Assembly (NCBI GenBank): GCA_951406725.2
Contig: OX597835.1
Span: 43,772,001 to 43,836,000 of the forward strand
Origin: Octopus vulgaris
Taxonomy: Eukaryota
Length of the DNA stretch: 64,000 nucleotides
Direction: 5' to 3'
The notes under the pieces were generated by a model, which did no database searches, was not told the origin of the DNA, and saw nothing but the letters and a program-made list of their open reading frames with translations. Each line of letters begins with the position of its first letter. Position 1 is the first letter of the stretch. This document shows, piece after piece, positions 30,848 to 45,352 of the stretch. The position numbers were made by a program, and so were the translations under genes.

Positions 30848-31246
30848 TTCTTTTCTACTCTAAACACAAGTCCCGAAAGTTTTGGGGAGGGGTCTAGTCG
30901 ATTAGATCGACCCCAGTGCGTAACTGGTACTTAATTTATCGACTCCAAAATGATGAATGCGGAATTTGAACTCAGAACGTAAAGAGAGCATTTCACCCGG
31001 CGTGCTAACGTTCCTGCCAGCTCGCTGCCTTTGATAATAATAATCCTTTCCACTATAGGCACAGGGCCTGAAATGTGGGGGAGGGGACTAGTTGATTACA
31101 TTGACCCCAGTTTTTCACTGGTACTTAGTTTATTGATCCCAAAAGGAGGAAATGCAAAGTCGGCCTCGGCGGAATTTGAACTCAGAACGTAAGTATCGCT
31201 AAGCATTTCACCCGGCGTGCTAACGTTTCTGCCAGATCGCTGCCTT
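30848..31246 (-). mobile_element. Two tandem SINE B copies bracketed by one TSD
   Basis: TSD ttccgtcacac at ~30836 and ~31247. Confidence 0.8.
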
Positions 31247-31439
31247 TTCCGTCACACGTTCTGTGACCTCTTCAACAACTCTACCCCACAAGTGTCCTCT
31301 TGTTCAGCTTATTCCATTTTTTCTGGCTGCATCTGTTTTGTCAGATAAAAATTTGTCTAAACGTTCTTTTAACACATCTACATCTACAACTTAGAGATGT
31401 CTGAGGCCTTCTGGCTTGCAAAGTGTGTGTGTGTGTGTG

Positions 31440-31494
<55 letters not shown>

Positions 31495-31538
31495 TATACA
31501 TATATATGTATATATATATATATGTATATATATATGTA

Positions 31539-31593
<55 letters not shown>

Positions 31594-31795
31594 GATGCAG
31601 CACGGACTTTGTCAGTGAACAGGTCGCGGATTTTAGCGACGAAAATATTTTGACAAATTAAACTTAAATGTTGAAGTGAATCGAACGGCTTTTGTGTGTT
31701 TCTTAAATGGCTTATAAACACCTTCCACGCTGCAATTGTTTTCGTTTCAGCACACGATCTCAGATCAAATTACTTGCTATGCGAGTACATCTCCG

Positions 31796-31903
<108 letters not shown>

Positions 31904-32370
31904 TAATCAAAGGACTTACTGACTATGTCTAACAGCTGGAAATAACAGTCATTATTGGAATATAAAAATATATATGTATGTATGTATGTATATATATATA
32001 TATATATATATATAGCGTGCAAGAGAGAGAGGGGACAGAAAGAGAGGGAGGGTGATACAGAGAGAGAAAGAGAGAAAGAGAAAGAGAGGGGGGCGAGAGA
32101 AAGAAGAGAGAGACAGGGAGAGAGAGAGAATTTTTTTATAAAGAAAAGTATGATGCATTTTTATAGTTGTACGTTATTTCTTTTAGTTTTTATTCTCTCC
32201 CTGTAACCAAGTTCCTCTTGTTTGTTTTTTTTTAATACTTTTGCTTAATCTACGATTACTTTTGACCCCCCCCCAAAAAAAAAGAATTACGGTCCAGAAT
32301 GTTCCAGTTATGATTAGTTCATCATATTTTGGAGCATAGTGTAACTAGAAATAAATTATTGGTATAAAAA

Positions 32371-32432
<62 letters not shown>

Positions 32433-32715
32433 ACACATATACACACACACTCACACGCGTATGAAAATGCACTCCTCCCACTCACATATATACACACACA
32501 CATGCACACACAATCTCTCTCTCTTTCACAGACATCATCACTCACCGCCATACAACAACAGAGGGCGAGCCAAAAGTCAGACACAAAATAAGCTGGATAC
32601 GCTTCGGAATTGTCAAATACATGATTCGATTTTTCTAAAATTGAATAAAATAAATTAAATAATGACGAAAACACACGTACTTGTACATGATGAACAAAAT
32701 TAATAATAATAATAA

Positions 32716-32750
<35 letters not shown>

Positions 32751-32798
32751 ATAGTAGTAGTAGTAGTAGCAGTAGTAATAGTAGTAGTAGTAGTAGTA

Positions 32799-32841
<43 letters not shown>

Positions 32842-33218
32842 TGGCTGACGATATGTGCATCTCTGATCACGAGCAGAAGTAGTGGGGGAGCATCATAGCC
32901 ATGTGTTGAGAGGGATTCTTTGGAGTTTGAATAATTCACCTCTGGAAACATGGGTGGTTCTTTCAACATCCTTAAACAACCCTTATTCAGGGACCTTTTG
33001 AGCGGGATGGGCTACTCGACCTGAAGAAAATTCTAACTGGGCCCCACCTGCAAGGTCATGCGCTGTTTACCTTGATATGAGATCACCATGTCGCGCACAT
33101 ATGGTTGTGATGCATGTGCCTGGTGTACCCTTATCAGACGGGTAGTCATGATGGGTATATTGGGCTTCGTATATTTTACCCCAGTGTCACTTTGATGGCA
33201 TGAACTGCTCTCTCACTC
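32842..33218 (+). mobile_element. Dong-like 3' UTR copy in (TAA)n
   Basis: Near-identical to 34107-34483. Confidence 0.75.
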
Positions 33219-33261
33219 AATAATGATAATAATAATGATAATAATAATAATGATAATGATA

Positions 33262-33925
33262 ATAGACAACACTGCAGAAAGTGTTAAAGTGCAGAATCTG
33301 TGGACAAAACGATGACACCGTATGGCCTATTGCCAGCCACTGTACGCCACTAGCGCAGAAGAAATATAAGAGACGCCTCGGCAATATAGCCAGGCTTGTC
33401 CATTGAACAAACACTCTGCAACAAGTATGGACTTCACAGAGCAAAACATTGGTACGACCATAAAACCTGAAGGCATCGTTGAAAATAGAAATGCAAAGAT
33501 CCTATGGGATTTTATGAGTCAGTGCGACCAAAAGATAGTGAATAGGAAGCCGGACGTAGTCTTAATTGAGAAAGAAAGCAAACTATGCTGGATCATAGAC
33601 ATAGCATGCCCAGCCGGCAACAAGGTATGCGATAAGGAAGAAAGAAAAGTCGAGAGATATGGCAGGTTAGTTTGGGAAGTTAAGCAGTTGTGGTCGATGA
33701 AGAAAGTGGTAGGAGTACCAATAATTGTCGGAGCCCTGAGAACAGTGACCAAAAAGTACGTGAAACAAATAGGGGATGCAATAAGGTTGGGGCACTTGCA
33801 GAAAGCAGCACAGCTTGGAACCGCTCGAATACTCCGGAAGGTGCTCGAAAAATAAGAGGTGTTACCTTAGTAGTGAACAGCTGACACTGTAATACATCTC
33901 CAGCGTTAGAAGCTGTGCATAGGCA
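33262..33925 (+). pseudogene. R4/Dong-like non-LTR retrotransposon 3' part: CCHC knuckle and RLE endonuclease
   Basis: KCRICG..., KILWDF, RKPDVVLI...IIDIACP...KEERKVERY, PIIVGALRT, GTARILRKVL*; flanked by (AAT)n. Confidence 0.9.
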
Positions 33926-33936
33926 ATAATAATAAC

Positions 33937-34004
<68 letters not shown>

Positions 34005-34005
<1 letters not shown>

Positions 34006-34483
34006 TTTGTCTTGGTATAAAAGATGGGCTACAGCAAATACTCTGCTCAATACCACAGATTTGCTTGTCAGTTGTTTGACCTTAACCAGTTGAGCATGTC
34101 CCTTAGTGGCTGACGATATGTGCATCTCTGATCACGAGCAGAAGTAGTGGGGGAGCATCATAGCCATGTGTTGAGAGGGATTCTTTGGGGTTTGAATAAT
34201 TCACCTCTGGAAACATGGGTGGTTCTTTCAACATCCTTAAACAACCCTTATTCAGGGACCTTTTGAGCGGGATAGGCTACTCAACCTGAAGAAAATTACA
34301 ACTGGGCCCCACCTACAAGGTCATGTTCTGTTTATCTTGATATGAGATCACCATGTCGCGCACATATGGTTGTGATGCATGTGCCTGGTGTACCCTTATC
34401 AGACGGGTAGTCATGATTGGTATATTGGGCTTCGTATATTTTACCCCAGTGTCACTTTGATGGCATGAACTGCTCTCTCACTC
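34005..34483 (+). mobile_element. Dong-like 3' UTR copy in (TAA)n
   Basis: Same family as 10939-11399. Confidence 0.75.
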
Positions 34484-34569
<86 letters not shown>

Positions 34570-34902
34570 TAATAATAATAATAATAATAATGTAATATGG
34601 ATAAAATGTCAAATATTTTGATCTGTGAATTTTCATCCACCCTGCATAAATACAGAATCTACAAGCTAAAACGAAGGAAGATTGTCAAGCCTGAAGTAGA
34701 CCTGGAGTAGAGAAGTCATGTCACTGGAGAGGTCACGAATGGCGAGGAAGCGACTTTGACAAAGCTCATTAATTAATTAATTAATTAACCAAACGATTAG
34801 TCAAACAGTCGGTTACTTAATTTGTTAAATATTTAACCAGTCAACGCATAAACAATAAAAATGTGAAATAAAAAGTGAAAGTGGGAACGATTAGCATAAC
34901 GA

Positions 34903-35104
34903 AGGCAGCGATCTGGCAGAACTGTTATGATGTCGGTAAAAATGCTGCTAAGCATTTTGTTTGTCCTGAGTTCAAATCCCGCCGAGGTCGAATTTGCCTT
35001 TTACTCTTTCAAAGTTAATAAAATAAATATTAGTTGAATCTTGGGGTCGATGCAATCGACTTAACCCCCACCCCTGAATTTGTTGGCCTAGAATAGAAAG
35101 GATT
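34903..35104 (+). mobile_element. SINE family B, diverged (another diverged copy at ~35380-35590)
   Basis: gagttcaaatcccgccgaggtcg core; TSD attagcataa. Confidence 0.75.
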
Positions 35105-36876
35105 ATTAGCATAATGTCCATCCCAAAATCCAACTAAGTATAATTACTTTCAAATTGTTATTCCGTTGTGAAAGGAAGATCGTGATGTTTCGGATATAAG
35201 TCCTTCTTCAAAAAAGAGAAAAATTTGGCGCTTTGTTCCTTTAATTTTAAGATGGTTGGATGTAATGAGAGGGAGATTTTGCAGTTATTTATGTTTTTAT
35301 CCACTAAATTTTTATTGTAACGAATTTTTATCGTATTAATAAGTTCTCATATCTTTATTATAATTTTTCAACGACAATAAGGCAGAATCATTAATGCGTC
35401 GGACAAAATGCGTTGTGGCATTTCTTTGGGCTTTAAGTTCTCAGTTCAAATCTCACTGAGGTTGACTTTGCCTTTCATCCTTTCGGGGGGGTCTATAAAT
35501 TAAGTACCAGTTGAACACTGGGGTTAATGTAATCGACTAGCACCCCCCACCAAACTTCCTGGCCCCTGTGTCTACAGTAGAAAGGGTTATTACTATTAAC
35601 TATAAGTAGTAGTAGTAATATGGCCAAATAAATTCATTGTTAAGCTATTTTCGTTCACGATATTAAACATGGCAAGTACATCTTTTTCTTCTTCTTTCTT
35701 CTTTCTTCTTCTTCTTCTTCTTCTTCTTCTTCTTCTTCTTCTTCTTCTTCTTCTTCTTCTTCTTCTTCGTCCTAATTCCCTCCATTTTCGACCTTCTCTC
35801 CACAATAATTTTTCTCAAATCTGCAGTCCGCCCTCCCTCCCTCCCTCCCTCCCTCCCTCCCGCCACCGTTATTTCTTTTAAATAAAAAACAACAAAAAAC
35901 AAACAAATAAAAAAAGGCAAAACAACGCAAAAAGCCACAAAAAATAATAAGCAAAAAAAAAAACAACTCCCTCCAAAACAAACAAAACAAAAATAACGAA
36001 AAAGTAATCGGAAAAAAAAACTATTTCTATTTCCCATTCATTTATTTTGGTGCTCCTTAACCCTCAACAACCTATGTTCTCCATCCAACCATTCAAACAT
36101 CCAGTCCACCTCCCTCATTCCACACTCCACCATCACCCCCCCCCCACACGCACGCAAGATGAACCGTGCCTCCCCACCGCACATACAGTTGTTGATGCTC
36201 CGTTCCTCGCTTGTTTCTGTCTCTTTCTCTCCATTTAACATGGCGTCTAAAAGGATTCTTTCTGGTGAAATGAATTTGGACGGAAGCAACGAGAGGTAGA
36301 ATGCACCGAAATAACTGGGCACATACAACGCGCACACACATGCACACACGTACACATGCACACACATGCACACATATACACACACATACACAAACATATA
36401 CACACACATACACACACGTACACATGCACACACGTACACACACATATACACACACGTACACATGCACACACATACACACACATACACACACATATACACA
36501 CACGTACACATGCACACATATACGCATACATACACACACATATACACACACGTACACATGCACACACATACGCACACATATACACACACGTACACATGCA
36601 CACACATACACACATATACACACACATATACACACACGTACACATGCAGACACATACATATATACACACACGTCCACACTCACTGATACATTGGTGGTGA
36701 CAGAAGTATTCACACACACACACACCTCACACCACGCGCGCACTCCCATACGCACACACACACAAACACACAAATACACACACACACACATGTACTCGCA
36801 CGCACTCATTCAAATGCATTAACAGATATGTTCATGCATATGCACACACGTAGCGCAGACTTACATGCAAGTCCAG

Positions 36877-36918
<42 letters not shown>

Positions 36919-38076
36919 ATTTATTTATTTATTTATCCATTCATCTATTTATCTTTATTCAAATATAGACATGTTTATGTATGTCTGTCTATCTGTCTGT
37001 CTGTGTGTCTATCTACCTATCTATTTGTCTGTCTGTTTGTCTATGTATGTATTATAGTTACCTTAGTCAAGTGTCTTTGTACGTGTGTGTATATGTGTGT
37101 GTATGTGTGTGTATGTGTGTGCATGTGTACGTGTGTGTGTATGTGTGTGTACGTGTGTGCATGTGTGTGTATGTGTGTGTGTGTGTGTGTGTGTATGTGT
37201 GTGGATGTGTGTGCATGTGTACGTGTGTGTATATGTGTGTGTATGTGTGCGTATGTGTGTGGATGTGTGTGGATGTGTACGTGTGTGTGTATGTGTGTGT
37301 ACGTGTGTGCATGTGTGTGCATGCGTATGTGTGTGTGTATGTGTGTGTATGTGTGTGGATGTGTGTGCATGTGTACGTGTGTGTGTATGTGTGTGTATGT
37401 GTGTGTATGTGTGTGCATGTGTACGTGTGTGTGTATGTGTGTGTGTACGTGTGTGCATGTGTGTGCATGTGTACGTGTGTGTGTATGTGTGTGTATGTGT
37501 GTGGATGTGTGTGCATGTGTACGTGTGTGTGTATGTGTGTGTATGTGTGTGGATGTGTGTGCATGTGTACGTGTGTGTATATGTGTGTGTACGTGTGTGC
37601 ATGTGTATTGTGTGCGTATGTGTGTGTATGTGTGTGTATGTGTGTGCATGTGTACGTGTGTGTATATGTGTGTGTATGTGTGTGTATGTGTGTGTATGTG
37701 TGTGTATGTGTGTGCATGTGTACGTGTGTGTATATGTGTGTGTATGTGTGTGCATGTGTATGTGTGTGTATATGCACCGTCCAAAGCCTTGTGAGCGGAA
37801 TCAAACACACACATACACACATATATCCAGAAACATGAATCTCACAGAATTATACATACACATACGCGTATATACATGCACATACATGCGCGTATATACA
37901 CACACACACACATATGTACACACACATATACACATATACATGCACACACATATATATACATATATGTATGTAAATATATGTACATACATATATATACATA
38001 TATATATACATATGTATGTATATATACATATATATATATATATACATATATATACACACACAAACGTACATATATA

Positions 38077-38141
<65 letters not shown>

Positions 38142-38144
<3 letters not shown>

Positions 38145-38305
38145 GCAGGAATGGCTGTTTGTGGTAAGTACCTTGTTTACCAACCACATGGTTCCGGGTT
38201 CAGTCCCACTGCGTGGCACATTGGGCAAGTGTCTTCTACTATAGCCTCGGGCCAGCCAAAGCCTTGTGAGTGGATTTGGTAGACGGAAACTGAAGGAAGC
38301 CCGTC

Positions 38306-38340
<35 letters not shown>

Positions 38341-38559
38341 TGTATGTGTTTGTGTGTCTGTGTTTGTCCCCCTAGCATTGCTTCACAACCGATGCTGGTG
38401 TGTTTATGTCCCCGTTACTTAGCGGTTCGGCAAAAAAGACCGATAAAATAAATACTGGGCTTGCAAAGAAACAAGTCCCAGGGTCGAGCTGCTCGATTAA
38501 AAAGGCGGTGCTCCAGCATGGCCGCAGTCAGATGACTGGAACAAGTAAAAAAAAAAGAG

Positions 38560-38560
<1 letters not shown>
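38142..38560 (+). mobile_element. SINE family A, full length
   Basis: Aligns with 13048-13517. Confidence 0.9.
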
Positions 38561-38613
<53 letters not shown>

Positions 38614-38929
38614 ACATATATATACATATATGTATACATACACACACACAGATATATATACACACACACAAACTCTTATTCCTTCACTGATGCACATACA
38701 CAAGACAAAAAAAGAACGCATTTTAAAACTACCATAATGACATACAAAACGCACACAACAGGAAGTCGATTGCAACTTTTCTATTAACGTAATTATCTTT
38801 GAACTCCACCGGAAGTTGACTATTCAAAATATGATTACGAAAATAGACAAGATTTCTACCTTCACCGACAAAACAAAGGAAAAGACTGCTCTCGTCGTGG
38901 TCGCTCGTCGTCCTTCTGCTCTTCCTGCC

Positions 38930-39685
<756 letters not shown>

Positions 39686-39697
39686 TTATTATTTTTA

Positions 39698-39915
39698 GGG
39701 CGGTGAACTGGTAGAATCGTTAGCGCGCCGAGCAAAATTCTTAGCAGCATTCCGTTCGTTTTTACGTTCCGAGTTCAAATTCTGCCGAGGTCGAGTTTCG
39801 CCTTTCATCCTTTTGGGGTCGATAAATTAAACACGAGTTTCGTACTCGGGTCAGTTTAATTGACTGGTCTCCTCTTCAAAAGATTTCAGGCCTTGTGCCT
39901 TTAGTAGAAAGGATT
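39698..39915 (+). mobile_element. SINE family B
   Basis: Head, core and alternative tail ggccttgtgcctttagtagaaagg. Confidence 0.8.
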
Positions 39916-40114
39916 CTTCTTCTTCTTCTTCTTCTTCTTCTTCTTCTTCTTCTTCTTCTTCTTCTTCTTCTTCTTCTTCTTCTTCTTCTTCTTCTTCTTC
40001 TTCTTCTTCTTCTTCTTCTTCCTCTTCTATTTTTCCGATTTCATTCAACAAGTCTTTATATTTTCTGAGCTTATCAAACACTTTTACCGATACATTGTGA
40101 TCACAAGTTATCAT

Positions 40115-41669
40115 CATCATCATCATTATTATAGACGTCGCACGGTACATAGTATCGTTAGGATGTTGAGTGAAGATATTGTGTCTACTGGGGGGTTTGT
40201 ACTGTTTGTCAAGTCATAAAAAGGACCTCAGACAGACAGTACTTTACACAATGTGCGTGCAGTTCCAAGTAATGTCAACATTTACAATACATCTAGATTG
40301 TAGGGTATTTCTAAGATCTTCAGATATTTTTTTCAGATTGGTTAGTATTGAACCCAATGCACCGATGACAAGAGGGATAACCTTTGTTTGACTCTCGTAG
40401 CTGCCACATCTTAGCGATCTCAATTCTCTGGTCTCCATATTTATCAACCATTTCTCTTTCTTGATGATGATGTGTTGATCTCCTGGCACTGCTACGTCCA
40501 TTAATAGACACTCTTGTTTTAGGCACTAAAGGTTACTATATTCAGCTTTTGTTTTTCTGGAAATCAAACTCCCAGAGGATTTTGCCTTCCCTTTTCATCC
40601 GTTACCTTTTCCAGTGTATGTTGGTACCAAGCATCCGTAACCTCATATCCATACTTACGGTATAATAGCCGGTGGAGGTTTTGGGCTACTTTGTAGTATC
40701 TACGCTTGTACCCTTTCTGCGCAAGACTTTCACAAGCACTAACAATGTGAGTCACGCTTTCGACCCTCTTTCCACCCATTCTGCAGAGGTCCGATACACT
40801 TCTGAGGTATATATTCTTTTTCACTGAGTTGATATCCAGTGCCTGGTCCTGGGCCGCGATGATTAGGCTTTCAGTATTCTTTTTTAGGTCACCCTTATTG
40901 AACCACTTCCATGATGCTTCCTGGTTTTTAATTTGTTGGTTTCACGGAGGAATTGACCATGTAATTCCATACGGAGTAGGGTTCCTTCTCTCTCGCTGGC
41001 TGTTCTTGTTCGGAATTCACGAGCACTCTCAAGTCCATTTTTGTTAACTCCTTCTGCATGAGCAGCATACGGTAGCAGGTCTTCTTTGCTGTTTACCAAA
41101 TATTCTGCCATGTTTTTGCTTTCACTGTTGATTCACTCCCGTACGCTAACCAGCCCACGTCCACCCTTACCTCTCTTCATGTAGAGCCTGTGTACATTTG
41201 CCTTAGGGTAGAGGGCACTGTGCATTACCATTGTCTTTCGGGTAGTGCGATCGAGTTGGTCAATCTCTGCTTGTGTCCATCTCAGGATCGGTGCACTATA
41301 GCAGACTACAGCAACAGCCCGTATGTTGATGGTTGTCACAAGGTTCCTTGAGTTGAGCTTCGATTTCAATAGAAGTTTGAGGCACTTGAAATATGCGGTA
41401 ATGATCTTGTCTTTCATTTCTCTTTGCAAGATATTGTCCAGCTCCAGGATCCCAAGGTACTTGTACCCATCATCATCCGGGTCTTCAATTCTATCTCTGT
41501 TTGGCAATTCTATTCCCCTACAATCCCCTCTTTTCCCCCGCTTCAACGTAAGCACCGTACACTTCGAGATACCGTACTCCATCCCTATATCCTTGCTGCA
41601 CATTTGCACAGTCTCAATCAGCCTCTCCATTTCAGGCTCTGTTTTTGCAAACAGTATTAAATCATCCAT
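40115..41669 (-). pseudogene. R4/Dong-like non-LTR retrotransposon: RT C-terminal half, CCHC, RLE; frameshifted
   Basis: MDDLILFAK, GMEYGISKC, YKYLGI, RLYMKRGKGGRGL, CRMG..ESVTHIVSAC, DVAVPGD, VIPLVIGALG; stops and frameshifts. Confidence 0.92.
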
Positions 41670-41670
41670 G

Positions 41671-41748
<78 letters not shown>

Positions 41749-41928
41749 ATGTGTGTATTTATGCGTGTGCCTGTGTCTGTATACATGTTGACATGTATAT
41801 CGCTGTAGATAAATAGGTGTAAGCAGTACTCCTTAACCAGACTGGTGTAGGCATGTATTTCGGAGGGATTATCTCCTCCTCAGAACCAGAAGCTTGAAAG
41901 GCAGACGCTGACAATACAGACACAGACA

Positions 41929-41982
<54 letters not shown>

Positions 41983-42399
41983 CTCAAACATACGCACACC
42001 CAACTCCTCCCACGCACCCCCCACATGCATATACACCTCATATCATTTAACTTTTCCTACATAGATACATGGGTGAACTGGACTGTATCTCAACAGACCT
42101 GCATGAAACCTCCGAAGTGCTCGGGTTATTTTAAAAAAAACAGCAGAAGAGAGTGATTAGCATTCTCCAAAATACAATGGATTAAAATTAGGGTGAAATT
42201 TGTCAAACATTCCAAAGATTATCCACTTGAGATTACTGGATGGACATACGCGAGCAGTCCTACGCATACAGATGACTCATTCACGCCTACATAAAAACAA
42301 TAACGAAATACACAGTCTTGTTCCTTGTGTTCCAACTTGACAGCACACTCACGACTGCAACTCTATTCACACAGACGTACATACATGCTCATATATATA

Positions 42400-42627
42400 T
42401 TTCTTTACTACCCACAAGGGTCTAAACACAGAGGGGACAAACAAGGACAGATAAAGGGATTAAGTCGATTACATCAACCCCAGTGCGTAACTGGTACTTA
42501 AATTTATCGACCCCGAAAGGATGAAAAGCAAAGTCGACCTCGGCGGAATTTGAACTCGGAACGTAACGACAGACGAAATACGGCTACGCATTTCGCCCGG
42601 AGTGCTAACGATTCTGCCAGCTCGCCG
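42400..42627 (-). mobile_element. SINE family B
   Basis: Reverse complement of the 24549 copy. Confidence 0.9.
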
Positions 42628-42785
42628 GAATTATCTACATTATTTACATTATTTACAATTGACGGATGTTTGTTATCATCTTGTTTGTTGTTAACACAAC
42701 GTTTCGGCTGACATACCCTCCAGCATTCACCAGGTGTTTTGGGGAAATTACGAACCTGGGTTCTCATTCCTAAGGTATTTCTCGA

Positions 42786-42831
<46 letters not shown>

Positions 42832-42914
42832 GTTAGTTGTTGTTGTTGTTGTCATTGTTATTATTATCATTATTATTATTATTATTATTGTTGTTGTTGT
42901 TGCTGTTGTTGTTG

Positions 42915-42954
<40 letters not shown>

Positions 42955-42977
42955 CGTCACTGCCTGGGATCGAACCC
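42628..42977 (-). mobile_element. Hammerhead-bearing tRNA-headed SINE-like element, 5'-truncated at the B box
   Basis: Minus gggttcgatccc-aggcagtgacgtg-(aat)n-catcgagaaataccttagg...hammerhead at 42693-42739. Confidence 0.75.
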
Positions 42978-43482
42978 TGTTGACAAGGGAGAGAAATGTG
43001 CAATATTATATTCTGGAAAAATTAAACCAAACAAAAACAAAAAAAACAAAAATAGTATTAAAAAATTCCCTTGTTTTCGAAAACAAATCTTCGACACTCT
43101 CCTGTAGTTAGAGATTGGTTTCTATTCCCGCTGAATTGTCATTTGCCATATTTTGTATTTTAATATTTCATTCGGATGTGTTTCGTTGCCGTAATTTAAC
43201 AATTGGATGTGCAAACTTTTGAAAGATATTGCCGTTTTAATGATGTGCGGTTGTTTGGTCGATCATATGGGAATATTCCTGCACTGACAGCAGGTTAATT
43301 AGTAATATAACATTGGGTCCTAAGCGTGAATGATCGAGCGCCTTCTAGTGATGTATTCTCTGAGCTGATTGGACAATGTCACAACTACTTATCGGCAGGC
43401 CTTACCACTGTGCGTAGTCTCGCCTAGCTATTTGGAGAGGAAGTTTAGGCTTCCTTAGGCAATACCTTAATAAAATCATTGG

Positions 43483-43583
<101 letters not shown>

Positions 43584-43704
43584 TAATATGTAATACACAC
43601 ATATTTCTATATACATACATATATAATATATATTAATATTTTTATTTATAAATATATACATATATATATATTTGTATTCATACACGCACACACACACATA
43701 TATA

Positions 43705-43927
43705 TAACATTTCTGTCAACAGTGTGGCTTCCTATACAGGACAGTGCTACTGATGTTTATAACCCCAGGAAGACATCTCAGGAGAAGAAGCGGAGATGTC
43801 TTCCTGGGGCTATAAGTATCAGTAGCACCGTCCTGTATAGGTCGCCACACGTTGGCAAGTATATGTTACGTTTCCGTAGTACTACTACTGTTATACTAAA
43901 TCTCTTGCTAAGAAATTTAGTATAACA
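43705..43927. repeat. TA-flanked double-hairpin element (MITE-like)
   Basis: Arms cctatacaggac...ccccaggaagacatctc / gagatgtcttcctgggg...gtcctgtatagg; second hairpin tgttatactaaat / atttagtataaca. Confidence 0.8.
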
Positions 43928-43932
43928 TGCTC

Positions 43933-44027
<95 letters not shown>

Positions 44028-44374
44028 TATACATAGATATATATCAATACAAATATATATACATGTATCCATACATAGTGTGGTCTATTTTGTTTGAGGC
44101 TGAAGTTTTTTGAATAATAACCTAATTTCGCTTTGTCTTTTGTTCAAACAAGAAGGGAAGTAGCGAGAAAATAATATATAGTTAAGGCATGGAAACCTGA
44201 TTAATTATCCATATTTCATTAGCTGTCTTTAAACCGCCTGAAAAAATGCTTCCAACACTTAGCTACTCTGCTGCACATGTAGGGAACGTTATATATTCAT
44301 CCATTCACATGATTAACTCGTCATATTTTCAGGTTTTCAGAATCTTATGTGTAAAATAATATGAAGCAGTAGTA

Positions 44375-44585
44375 AGGCGGTGATTTGGCAGAAACGTTAG
44401 CATGCCGGGCGAAATGCTTAGCGGGATATCGTCTGTCTTCATGTTCCGAGTTCAAATTCCGGTGAGGTTGACTTTGCCTTTCATCCTTTCGGGGTCGATA
44501 AACTAAGTACCAGTTGCGTACTGGGGTCGATCTAATCGACTGGCCCCTTACCCCAATATTTCAGGCTTTGATCGTAGAATAGAAA
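44375..44585 (+). mobile_element. SINE family B inserted into the TIR of a MITE
   Basis: TSD aagcagtagt. Confidence 0.85.
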
Positions 44586-44586
44586 G

Positions 44587-44839
44587 CAGTAGTTCTTGAA
44601 CATGTTTTTGTCCATGGACCCATTTGATTTCTAGTTTACTCAACTGGACCCCAACTCCCTTTGGCCATTCGATACTTATAAAAAACTTGTAGAATTAAAT
44701 GTTAGGAATTGTATAAAAAAAGAAATTGTTATGTTTTGTGTATTATAGACCTAGAAGCAATACATTGCACATAAATTTTAACAACAGAATCTTATATGGA
44801 CCTCCATAGGCCATGTGGGCCCCCGGTTCGGAACCACTG
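44587..44839. mobile_element. hAT-like MITE
   Basis: Termini cagtagttc...gaaccactg, ggaccc subterminal motifs. Confidence 0.65.
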
Positions 44840-44931
44840 ACTAGAAGTAAAGAAAGTTGCGAATGAAAATGAATTTGATAGAAGAAATGAAATCTTATTC
44901 CTGGTTATCCGTCAACAGTTCCACCATTCTT

Positions 44932-45150
44932 TCTTTTATTCTTTCTTTTACTGGTTTCAGTCGTCTTGACTGCGGCCGTTCTGGAGCACCACATTTGGTC
45001 GAGCAAATCGACCCCAGGACTTATTCTTTGTAAGCCTAGTACTTATTTTATCGGTCTCTTTTTGCCGAAACGCTAAGTGACGGGGACGTAAGCACACCAA
45101 CATAAGTTGTCAAGCGATGGTAGGGATACAAACACAGACACACAAAACAT

Positions 45151-45188
<38 letters not shown>

Positions 45189-45352
45189 ATATATATGACG
45201 GGCTTCTTTCAGTTCCTGTCTACCAAATCCACTCACAAGACTGGTCCGAGGCTATAGTAGAAGACACTTGTCCAAAGTGCCACGTCGTAGGACTGAACCT
45301 GGAACCATGTGGTTGGGAAGCAAGCTTCTTACCACGCAGCCACGCCTGCCCC
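44932..45352 (-). mobile_element. SINE family A
   Basis: Reverse complement of the family A pattern. Confidence 0.88.
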
